In this document: positions 46,166 to 56,000 of the stretch, one piece after another
How positions within the stretch are numbered: position 1 is the stretch's first letter
Layout of the letters: the number at the start of each line of letters is the position of its first letter
Source: Cyanidioschyzon merolae
Taxonomy: Eukaryota
NCBI GenBank assembly: GCA_000091205.1
Contig: AP006501.2
DNA length: 64,000 nucleotides
Reading direction: 5' to 3' (one strand)
Position numbers and translations under genes: made by a program
The notes under the pieces: model-generated
What the model saw: only the letters and a program-made list of their open reading frames with translations
The model's database searches: none
Told to the model about the DNA's origin: nothing

Positions 46166-46687
46166 TCATTCCGGAGCACGTCGTTTCGCAGCAGCCGCAG
46201 CCATGAGCTCTTTCACCGTATCTGCCGGGACACTCTTTTGTGCAGGTCCAGTTTCCAGATTGTAGAGCGCTAGCATATGACCGTCAGGGGCCCGCAACGT
46301 CACCGCGGTTGCACCGTAAACTGTCCGTCGTACTGGACCATCCATAACGGCACCTTGTGCAAGGCACTCACGAACTGTTTGATCCAAATCGTGGACCTGA
46401 AACCGCAGAAGCGGCGAGTACCCTGTGAGACTACACGCGAGCGTATCCGTCTCGTGCAACTCTAGCAACCCGTTCGGTGCGTCAAGCGCAGCCCACTGCT
46501 CTGTACGCTGCGCAACCCGAAGACCCAGGCCTTGGGTGTAGAATTCAAGGGAACGTTCCAGGTTCGAGACAAGCAGAAGCACACCTCGCCACAGCGCTCC
46601 CGTCATACCACTGCCGACCTCCAGCAACCGATCTTCTTGTCGCCTGTTTTTGGGCACGATCAGCCTTCGCTCTTCGACTTTGCTCAC
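46166..46687 (-). CDS. VOC-family (glyoxalase / bleomycin-resistance / extradiol dioxygenase fold) protein. A likely alternative start is the Met at 46606.
   Basis: GALWRGVLLLVSNLERSLEFYTQGLGLRV is a typical first beta-alpha-beta(3) VOC module. A second module with Asp/His/Glu positions follows. ~147-173 aa. Confidence 0.55.
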   Translation of the reverse strand: MSKVEERRLIVPKNRRQEDRLLEVGSGMTGALWRGVLLLVSNLERSLEFYTQGLGLRVAQRTEQWAALDAPNGLLELHETDTLACSLTGYSPLLRFQVHDLDQTVRECLAQGAVMDGPVRRTVYGATAVTLRAPDGHMLALYNLETGPAQKSVPADTVKELMAAAAAKRRAPE

Positions 46688-46960
46688 CTAGATGCTTCTG
46701 CTGTCTACAACTGTCGTTTCATCTTCGACGAGTTTACGATACCCGCCCATGCACACAGCAAGTGCTCCAGAGCGTTTCGAGGTTGCGCGCGGGAGTACAC
46801 GTTCGGAGCACGAGGTTGATTCAATGCTGTACAATTTGGTATTAGACAAACATGGACAGCATCCACGTACGCTACCCGCGGACTGAAAAAGCGCGCGCAA
46901 CTCTCTGTGGCCTGTGCGCTTGTTCCACACTGGGGCCGGTGCTCCGCCAAAGCAACAGAG

Positions 46961-49900
46961 ATGGCAGCAGTTGGGCAGGCAGCTGCGTCCGAAGCAGCGC
47001 TGAGGAGCCCAACCGCGAACATCCTTTTCAAAGGTGATCTGGAGGCACGTTTGGCGCGAGTTGGCGACGCATGGCTCGATGCAAGCAGGACGTTCGATGC
47101 GCTCTTCGTTTATACGGGAGCGCTCGCAGCTGGAGAGCCTGCCGGTTACCGCAAGTCTTATGCTTTGGTTATGTACATACTTGGTGTGGAAGCGCAGCAG
47201 ACTGCTCTGGTGCTGCAGCACACCGACGCCGCGTCAGTACTGTGGATCGGGACGGCAGATGCCGAGATCTGGGCCGCGCTAGAGACAGCTGCCCCAGCGC
47301 TGGGTCTATCCGCGGGTCACCATGAGGCAGACCGCCATCAAAATGGTGTCGAAGTGAACGACGATCGTAGCGGAGCGTCTTCAACCCCGAAAGCAACCCT
47401 TCTACGGGGCAACTTGGGCTCAGACTGGTTCCTGGTAGCCGCTTGGATAGCAACCAAGCGTGACCTGGAGAAGACGCTTGCCGTGGCGGGGGTTCCTGCG
47501 CGTTCCTCATTGAATTTGGGTGCCCTGGTGAAGGAGCGGAACGTACATCAGGGTGACTTTGCCGCGAAATGCACCGCCTACGTTTTCGGAGACGCGGCAG
47601 GGTCGGACGTTGCCACTCCACCTCCGGTGAATGCAGCGGAATGGATTGGAAACCTGCTCATTGCGAAACTCCCCGATGAAATTCAAAATATCCGGAAAGC
47701 CTCATATCTGTGCGCGAAAGTTTGCCAGGCATACTTTGTGGAACGGATGGAAAGCATTTTGGACGAGGACACACCAGTTTCGCATGATCGCCTAAGCGAG
47801 GAAGTCGAGGCGCGACTGCTCGCACCAGCAACCGTTGGTGTGCAGCTTGTTGCCAGTGAATGTGAAGCCGCATACCCACCGATCATACAGAGTGGACGAG
47901 ATGGTCCCTTCGACCTGCGTCCTAGTGCAATCAGCAATGAACAAAATTTGAGCACGGGCCTGGTGCTCGCCTCGATCGGTGCACGCTATCATCAGTACTG
48001 CGCAAATGTGGTGCGCACTTTTCTCATAGATGTGGAGAAACCCATCCGCAGCATGTACGCGAAGGCGCTGCAAGCGTTGGAAGCGGTGCGACGCGCGTTG
48101 CGCCCGGAGCAGGAGGCATGGGTTGCCTACAACGCAGCCATTCAAGAGCTCGGAGAGGAGCTAGCCGCCGCGCACCTTGCCGGGAAACACGTCGGATTTG
48201 GCATTGGTCTCGAGTTCCGAGACTCAACCTGGCTCTTGAACGAACAGAACCACAAAATTCTTCGTTCCGGAATGACGTTCCAGATTCAGGTCGGCCTGGA
48301 GCGGCTTGGGGAGAACAGTACACTCGCGCTCATGGTAGCAGATACCGTACTCGTTGGTGGTGCGGATCCAGAAGGGGCGGAAGTTTTGACCCAAGCTGCC
48401 TCCAAGAGCCCTGCCAAAGTAACCTATTTCCTCGATATGGACGCCGACGAGGAAGCGGATGACGGCACCGTAGGCAATGCGGGGAAGAATTCTGAAGCGT
48501 TGGCTTCTGAGCAGGTCGCCGGGGAACCCAGTGCTCCGTCGATCGTTACCCGCCGTCGTGCACAACAATCTAGTGCTCCTGATGATGATGATGCAGCTGC
48601 GGAAGCGGAGCGCATTCGACTCCACCAGCAGAAGCTCGCCGAGCAAAAGCTCCGTGAATCGCGTACCCGAATTCTGGGAAAGAGTGCATCCAGTGCAGGG
48701 GACCAATACAGCGCCGAGGGCAAAGGATTTCGTGCGCTGAATGCTTATCGCGCCTACGAGCGAGTTGAAGACTTTCCCGCTGGGCTACGACCGCGCCAAC
48801 TCTTCGTGGATATGGAACGCGAAGTCGTCCTGGCACCAATCACGGGAATTCCCGTTCCTTTTCACATCGCGACGATCAAGAATGCCTCCAAGTCCGATGA
48901 GTCGGGCTTTACGTACCTGCGCATCAACTTCCTTGTGCCTGGCACTAGCGCGTCGACGGCAAGTGCCTCGGGCGCCGGCGGCCTGACGGCCCCCGCAGGT
49001 GTCAGCGGCGCCGCGGCACGACTATCCCTCTTTCCCGATAACCCCGGATTCGTGCTGAAAGAACTCTCCTTCCGCTCCGCAAGTGCCGCCAACCTGAGCG
49101 AGGTCTTCCGCAAGATCAAGGAGCTTCGCAAACGCTTTACCAGCCGGGAAACGGAAGCCCAAGAGAAGGAGACGCTCGTGAAACAGGCTCCTCTGATTCT
49201 TGAGACCGACCCGAGACGCATCCCGCATCTTGTTGACGTGTCGATTCGCCCGTCGTTGGGCGCTGGGGGTCAACGTGCAAACCAGGGTGTCCTCGAAGCG
49301 CATGTCAATGGTCTGCGTTTTCGCTCGCGGCAACAGCGCGCTGTGGACATTCTCTATCGCAACGTGAAGCACGCCTTCTTCCAAGAGGCGCGTAACGAGG
49401 TCATCGTGCTGGTTCATTTCCGTCTGCATACGCCGATCATGGTGGGAAAGCGCAAAACAATTGATATCCAGTTTTACACCGAGGTGATGGATGCGACCGT
49501 CCGCCTCGCGGATACGCGACGGAATCCCTTCGATATCGATGAAATCGAAGAGGAGCAGCGTGAACGGGAGAATCGGCATCGTCTGAACAAACTGTTCTTC
49601 AAGTTTACCAAAGAGGTAGAGGCCAAAGCAAATGAAGAGCTCGAGTTCGATATGCCGTATCGGGAATTGGGCTTTGAGGGTGCTCCTGATAAGATGCAGC
49701 GCTTTTTGATGCCGACGCGCGATTGTCTCGTTGATCTTATCGAGTTTCCACCGGTGATCATTTCGCTGGAGGATATCGAAGTAGCTCACTTTGAACGCGT
49801 GACCTACTCGCTCAAAAACTTTGACCTTGTGTTGGTGATGAAGAATTTCGCACAGGAACCGAGTCGTGGTGAGACTCAATGGATCCGCATCTCGTCAGTT

Positions 49901-50584
49901 CCGAGCACAGAGCTGGACGCGGTGAAAAAGTGGCTTGATTCCGTCAATATCCCCTTCTATCAGGGTCCATCGAATCTGAATTGGAACACGGTGCTGCGCA
50001 CCATTCGAGAAGACCTCGAGGGTTTCTACGAAGAGGGCGGTTGGCGTTTCCTGGACGCCGAAGCGTCGAGTTCTTCCTCTGAAGATGAGGATGAAGAGGA
50101 AGGAGACGACGCTGGTGCCGGCGCAAAAACACGTGCCTCCGCGACCAAGGCTAGCGCTGGCGGGGCCGCTGCGGATCTCTCCGATCAGGATGAAGAATAC
50201 GTTCCTAGCGACGAAGACTTTGAAGCGGAATCTTCCGAAAGCGACTATGACGAAGACGATGATGATGAATCTTTCGAGGCTGACGAGGAAGCAATTGACT
50301 TGGCCGAGGAACTCGGTGATGACGATGCAGGTGAAGCCGAGCTCAGTTCCTCTGACGAAGGCCTCGACTGGGACGAACTCGAACGCCGCACCAAGGAGGA
50401 AGAGCGACAGAAGCGCAAGCGATGGCACGACGACGACGATGACGACGAGGATGATAATGATGGTGATGACGATAACGAGAATGATGGCGATGCGCGACGT
50501 CGACGCCACGGACGCAAGCAGCGTGCCCGGGCGCCCTCCGGACAGACAGCGTTGACGCACGGGCCCAAGCGCGTACTTCGTTAG
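46961..50584 (+). CDS. SPT16: FACT complex subunit SPT16. ORF is open from 46907.
   Basis: N-terminal aminopeptidase-like domain, Spt16 middle and Rtt106-like domains. Colinear conserved blocks such as QLFVDMEREVVLAPITGIPVPFHIATIKNASKSDE...LRINF, PHLVDVSIRPSL....GVLEAHVNGLRF, IDIQFYTEVMD. Asp/Glu/Ser-rich acidic C-terminal tail. 1207 aa. Confidence 0.9.
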   Translation: MAAVGQAAASEAALRSPTANILFKGDLEARLARVGDAWLDASRTFDALFVYTGALAAGEPAGYRKSYALVMYILGVEAQQTALVLQHTDAASVLWIGTADAEIWAALETAAPALGLSAGHHEADRHQNGVEVNDDRSGASSTPKATLLRGNLGSDWFLVAAWIATKRDLEKTLAVAGVPARSSLNLGALVKERNVHQGDFAAKCTAYVFGDAAGSDVATPPPVNAAEWIGNLLIAKLPDEIQNIRKASYLCAKVCQAYFVERMESILDEDTPVSHDRLSEEVEARLLAPATVGVQLVASECEAAYPPIIQSGRDGPFDLRPSAISNEQNLSTGLVLASIGARYHQYCANVVRTFLIDVEKPIRSMYAKALQALEAVRRALRPEQEAWVAYNAAIQELGEELAAAHLAGKHVGFGIGLEFRDSTWLLNEQNHKILRSGMTFQIQVGLERLGENSTLALMVADTVLVGGADPEGAEVLTQAASKSPAKVTYFLDMDADEEADDGTVGNAGKNSEALASEQVAGEPSAPSIVTRRRAQQSSAPDDDDAAAEAERIRLHQQKLAEQKLRESRTRILGKSASSAGDQYSAEGKGFRALNAYRAYERVEDFPAGLRPRQLFVDMEREVVLAPITGIPVPFHIATIKNASKSDESGFTYLRINFLVPGTSASTASASGAGGLTAPAGVSGAAARLSLFPDNPGFVLKELSFRSASAANLSEVFRKIKELRKRFTSRETEAQEKETLVKQAPLILETDPRRIPHLVDVSIRPSLGAGGQRANQGVLEAHVNGLRFRSRQQRAVDILYRNVKHAFFQEARNEVIVLVHFRLHTPIMVGKRKTIDIQFYTEVMDATVRLADTRRNPFDIDEIEEEQRERENRHRLNKLFFKFTKEVEAKANEELEFDMPYRELGFEGAPDKMQRFLMPTRDCLVDLIEFPPVIISLEDIEVAHFERVTYSLKNFDLVLVMKNFAQEPSRGETQWIRISSVPSTELDAVKKWLDSVNIPFYQGPSNLNWNTVLRTIREDLEGFYEEGGWRFLDAEASSSSSEDEDEEEGDDAGAGAKTRASATKASAGGAAADLSDQDEEYVPSDEDFEAESSESDYDEDDDDESFEADEEAIDLAEELGDDDAGEAELSSSDEGLDWDELERRTKEEERQKRKRWHDDDDDDEDDNDGDDDNENDGDARRRRHGRKQRARAPSGQTALTHGPKRVLR

Positions 50585-50585
50585 C

Positions 50586-51575
50586 TCAATCAGAATCGTT
50601 CGCTGGCTCTAACTGTACTCCAAAGCACGTCTTCAACGAGTCAAAGAACATAAAGAATATGCCGGACGATACCGCTTCCCAGGTTGCGCGCGGCATGACG
50701 CCCCGGAAGAGTGCAGGGACACCACCCTCTCCGAGCAGCGCTCTGATCGCCTGCAAGACTGAGGTTGCGGGGCGGCCCGGCTGGGTGCCAGAGACCAGCA
50801 TGCGCGTACGCACCACGTCCAGCGGGGTGGTGATGACCCCAATGAGACCGCCGGCGCTCATACCCAGCAGAAGCAGTTCCCATTCGGCGAGTCTTTCGCG
50901 ACCTTGCACTCGCTGCGTGATCTGTTTGAATTGCTCGAACGTCCCAAACTCAAGGGCGTCGAACGGCAAGTTTCGCAAGAGATTCGACCCGTACCCAGTC
51001 CAGAGCGCCATAAGGCCGCCTTCATGAACCCAAAGGTGTCGCGCTGCTGCGACAATATTCGGCTGCAGGCATGACTGCACGCGCTGTTTGATCAACTCCG
51101 CAGGCGTATCGACGAGGCTGCTAACGATATTTGCCATAGCGGCTGCGGTGGTGGACTCCCAGAAGAGCCTCGGGCCCGCGTCCGAGTTCGCACGCAGACC
51201 CTGGTCATGATAATGAGACGCACCGGGGCGCGTTCGACGTAGCGTTCGACGCACCGACTCGTACGTGATCGCGAATAACGCTGCAGTTGGAAGTGAACCA
51301 ATCACGCCGGACAGGACACCGGCGTAGAGCTGGCGAAAACCGCGACCATCCGCCATACGACGTACGGCATGCTGGAATGCGCGTACTGGACCCAGCCAGT
51401 GCAGGCCCGAGGCAGATCGCCACGCCAGTGTCGAAGCAGCTGCAGCTGTTGCGTGGCGAGAGTGGATCAGCCGGCGGTGTGCCGTTGGCAGCTGCTGCGT
51501 CTGCTTGAGCGTGTCGAGTGGGTACAGGAGAAACTCAACTAGGGCCTCGGCGATAGCGCCAGCGCTCGCCTCCAT
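50586..51575 (-). CDS. Mitochondrial carrier family (SLC25) protein, possibly an S-adenosylmethionine-carrier-like member. ORF is open in frame to 51908.
   Basis: Three Mitochondrial carrier signature repeats (LYPLDTLKQ, VDTPAELIKQRVQ, PLDVVRTRM), six TM helices. ~329 aa from Met at 51575, matching family length. Confidence 0.8.
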   Translation of the reverse strand: MEASAGAIAEALVEFLLYPLDTLKQTQQLPTAHRRLIHSRHATAAAASTLAWRSASGLHWLGPVRAFQHAVRRMADGRGFRQLYAGVLSGVIGSLPTAALFAITYESVRRTLRRTRPGASHYHDQGLRANSDAGPRLFWESTTAAAMANIVSSLVDTPAELIKQRVQSCLQPNIVAAARHLWVHEGGLMALWTGYGSNLLRNLPFDALEFGTFEQFKQITQRVQGRERLAEWELLLLGMSAGGLIGVITTPLDVVRTRMLVSGTQPGRPATSVLQAIRALLGEGGVPALFRGVMPRATWEAVSSGIFFMFFDSLKTCFGVQLEPANDSD

Positions 51576-53034
51576 CAAGAGCCGTCGACCGAGCCCGAGC
51601 GGTGTTTTCTGCGCTGGTGTCGCGGGTGCGTGTGAGCTCGTTCGCGTATGTGCACTTGGACTCGCGCCCGAGTCGGCCGGCCGCTTTCGTCGGTCCGGTG
51701 GTGACGACGGCATCACAAGAGCGCGCTCTAACGACCAGATTGGCGTGTGCGCGCACCAGCGGGTTGACGACGTGGAGCTACGGCGTCGTAGCGGCTGCTG
51801 GCCTATCAAGGTATGCAACCACGGGCCGGGGGCAACGTCCGCGTCGAACGCCCAGCTGCCATTATGGCCGCTTCCCGGCGAGGCGACCTTTTCGCTCTCG
51901 AACAGCATGACAACGACGCAAGCACGACCGCGATAGGGTGCTTAGCTGGAGTTCGCACGAAACGCTCCTGGTTTTAAAAAAGCTCCACACTCGCATTACA
52001 TAATGACGCTAGAATCTGGTGCGTTTTGGTGTTGATCATGCCCCGCTTCCGTATCGTGAACAACATACGCTCGGCAGGGTAGAATGCAGCGTGGCTATGT
52101 TCGCCAGCCGCCGCACGCCAACGATAGCACACGTCCGCGCACGGGCAGTGCGCCTCGCGCAGCCAATCATCCGGTTGTCCGTTTCTACTATAAAGGTACA
52201 TTTCTTGGTAGTTATGACTGGTTACTGAATCGCCACCTCAATCAGCACGCATTCGACTTGTCGGGTCCGGGACGCGTGCGCGCTCCGGTGCAGGCGTGTG
52301 CCGGCGCATTCACCGCCACGTGCCTCCGCTTCGTGTGCATCCTGCGGCGTGCCTGGCGTTGGAGCTGCCTCCAGCCGCTGACACCAGTGCATACACGACC
52401 GAGGCAGAGTGTGTGTAGCGCGTCCGGGTCGCGCTGGCACTCCTTCGCGCACCAGGTGAGCTCGGCACTGCCGCCCGCACGCACCCGAACAACGTATGCA
52501 CGCGCGCTTACCCGGTACGGCCACACAGAGACGATGCGATGCATGTGCACGTAGCCACTAACGTCGCTATCGAGCAGGATGCAGCATGCATGCGCGTGCG
52601 CCGTCAGGCCGTTTCGCGGGAAACACGCATCCCATGGACACGTGTGTGTCACGGATACACGTAGCACGCATATCAACAGATGCATTGCTATCATTGTGCG
52701 TGTTCACGCACATGTGCTCGAATACGATTGGCGTTCTCGCACCTTTAGGCGCGAGTGTGCGCTCACTGACCGTCCGGGGTGTCTACATGGATCAGCATCC
52801 AATCGACACGGGTGGGCGGCGTTTCGCAGAGCGCTGCGTCCAGCGTCTGGGCGCATCATCACAGCATGGGGTGTGCAGCTCAGTGCGCGAGGTGGATGCG
52901 AAACCGCGCGCTGCGGTCGCGCGCTCACCAGGACTCGTAGTCGCACCATGCATGCTGTTTGCCAATGAGCAGCGCCCATGTACCTAACCGGAACGCAACG
53001 AACTGCTGCGATTAGCCGCGCACGGTGATCATCT

Positions 53035-56000
53035 CTACGGGAGGCGGGTGCGACGTGCCTTAAGCATGCGCCGCGGCGCCATGGTACCAGGAGCGTGCGC
53101 ATCGCCAAGGGCTTGCGTTGGTGCGAATCCAGGCGCTCCCAGCAACGGTGTCGCTGGCGGAGGCACGCCATTCGCCGCCGGGTCACTCGGAGCCAGCGAC
53201 GGCCACGGTAAGGACGCTGGCAACGGTGCGGCAGCGCCCGATGCGGGCCACGGTGATTGCAACGACGACACCGCTGGTGCCGAGACAGTCGGCGTCTGCA
53301 TCGGTGCACTGAGCGATGAGGTCGTCCACATTGATGTACCGTTCGTGCCTTGAGATGCCGATCCAAACCAGAAAGGTTCCGAATTGGTACTTGCTGTCGG
53401 TGCAGAGAACAACCAAGCGGGTGGTTTCGGCGGCGCGTTGCTAGCAGAAGCGGCGACCGTGGTATCAGTTGCGCCAGCCGCTGGTGGACCAAAGTGAAAC
53501 GTGCGCGCAGGAGCCGGTATCGCGAATGCTCCCTGTGAAATAGATGCCTTCGGTGCAGGGGCCGCGGTTGCGGGCACCTGTTGCGATGCCCCACTTGTGT
53601 CCTGCGATTGCAGGGGCGTCTTCTGGGGTGATTCCCCAAGCGCGGCACCAGCTGTGTCAACGGTTTGTATGGACTGCGTTTCTGTGGAATTCGGCTTCCG
53701 GGATGCGGTTCCGTCGCTGACGGGCGCTGCCGATGTCTCAGCCGCGGATTTGGTTTCGTACGCCGCCTTTTGCGGCATCGCCATCTCAGAGGCTGATTCC
53801 TGCTGCTCTTGCCCAGTACTGCCAGGCGGAGCGTGCATCCGTGGTACGTCATCGGGCGACGCTGACGCCAGCGTATTCGGCTTCGGGTCTGCTGGTGCGC
53901 CGGAGCACTGCGCGATCTCATCGTGTTCGTGCGGCAGTTCTGTCTGCACAAATCCCGCGAGCGATGTCTTTGCGATTTCCGACGACGACGGCGCAACGTC
54001 CAATGACCCTGATGCTGTTGGAGCAGGCGCTGCCGCATTCGGTGGTGCTATGTGTACGGAGGAGTCTGTAGATTCCTGTCGCGACGCTGATTCGCTCGAC
54101 ACCGGCACCGTCGAAGGCTGCACAGTCGTATCAACAGGCACGTACCCGGTTCTTTGAGTAGAGCCGGCTGTGGACAGTGATGGCGGTCGCCAAGGTTCCG
54201 GAATACGCGGCAACGCGATCTCGAGAGGGCGCATGCGCGGTGGCAGCGTCGGCAATGTCGGTGCGTCGGGACTGGAACCCTTCGACAACGTTGTCTCTGC
54301 AGCGTCGGCATGGAGCTGGGCTTCTGGTGACGCTTGTTGCGCGTGCTCTCCATGCTCTGGTAGCGACACCGTTCGTTGCACTTGGAGTTCATCATCGCCG
54401 AGTTTTGACGGGACTATTCGCCGCATGGCTTCGAGTTGCATGTCCCTGGCACCACCAGCCGCAGCACCAAATACGGTCGCAGATTTTGACCTGGCCTGCT
54501 GCTCAGCATCTCCTGTAGGTGGCAATGAAACAGCACCAGCATCCCGCGTAGTTGGCGCTGTGGTGTCATGCGTACCAGTGGCGGCGAGGTCCACTGCAGC
54601 AGCACTTGCATGCTGATCGGCCTTCAGCGGTGGTGTTCGCAAATGCATGTCTTGTTCGGCAGTGAGAGACGACGAGATGTTCGCGTCATCAGCGGAAACA
54701 TCCATCGAAAGCGTACGGCGCTTATTCCGAGCCGCCACTGTTTGCGCAGCACGGTCCAATGCGACGTCCAGCTCAGTACTATGGTCTATGGTGAAACCGC
54801 GATTGCTAGTCACGTCGGATGCAGCGGTTGCTGCTGCGGGTGTTCGCTTCCCAGGTGTTATGCAAGTGTCGCGCTCCCGCTCCGGCTGATCGCGAATCCT
54901 CTTCAGCGATTCGATGAGTTGATATAGGCGGCTCGTTGGAGCTCCAGCGCCATCACCATCTTTGCGGATGTCTGCTCGGGCTCGCTGACCATCGCGCCCA
55001 TTTTGATGCCTATCGGAACGCGTACCCGTCACGATAAGGTTAGCGTCTGATCGGCGCCGTTTCGCCGCACTCATCCGCAGTGCAGGCGATCCATCGAACG
55101 TCCAGACGGCATCTAAACTGCGGTTCTGCACGCTGTGCGCCTGGGATGGCACTGATCCGCTGCCCAGGGATCCAGACGGTAGCGCGCCAGCGCTCTGCTC
55201 GAACACGCCAATGGGGCTGGTTCGCTTCGCGGATGTCGCATTGCTTGTTCGCGTTCGCCCATGCGGGACGTCTCGCAGCGGAAGTGTCGTGAGCGGTACC
55301 GCAGGCAACTTCACGTGACGGACGTCTGCTCTATTTCGCAACCAGCCATCACTTCTGTCGTCGATAGCGCTCATTCCTGACCGCTCTAATTCGCGTCCAA
55401 GAAGGCTCGTCGATAACCTAGGATCCAGGTGCTCCTGCTGGTAGCTCTCTGGATGCGCGCAAAGCGTACTGTAGTGCTGCCTCTCGAGTGAAGCGTGCAA
55501 CGACGACGATCGAGCTCTGTAGGTGTCCAGCATCGACGACGACAGGCGTTCGGTGCTATGCTGTGTGAAACGTGCCTCTAGTCGCGACGCACCAGCGACG
55601 AAATCCGACTCGGTCGGTGTCCATGGCGACAGGCGGCGGAAATCGGAACCGCTTGGACGTACCGAGTACATGGTGCTGGTCGGTGTCGCGGCAGGGGCAT
55701 CCATAATACGCCGATGCGGCACGATCCCCAATGCAGACGGCCGTATCTTTGGTGCTGGCGGCAGGTCGGCCAAATTTCGGATGAGCGACTGCTCCTGCGC
55801 AGGAGATCCCCCTTTTGATGCCTGAATCGCAACGCCCATCGATCGCGTCTCTGTTCGCTGCCTGAACGTCCGAATGACATCGTAGCTGGTCACGAGCGAT
55901 GCCTGCCGGGTGCTACGCTCTGGTGCTCGCGAATCGTTCGCGGGTTGCGCTCCGTAAACCCGTGTCGTAGGGGATTCGGTGTGGGTCGCGGTGGTGGCTG

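Noticed and set aside
52300-53030. Cluster of GCATG / TGCATGC motifs in the GC-rich spacer between the carrier and the giant gene
   Set aside because: Could be regulatory (RY-like elements). In 60% GC sequence with CG/GC richness such hexamers recur by chance, and I cannot test enrichment without computation.
52704-54038. 444-aa Arg-rich ORF on the minus strand
   Set aside because: It is an alternative-frame shadow of the 3-prime part of the giant 53035..57825 ORF. Extreme Arg/His/Pro composition from GC-rich codons, with no protein-like pattern.
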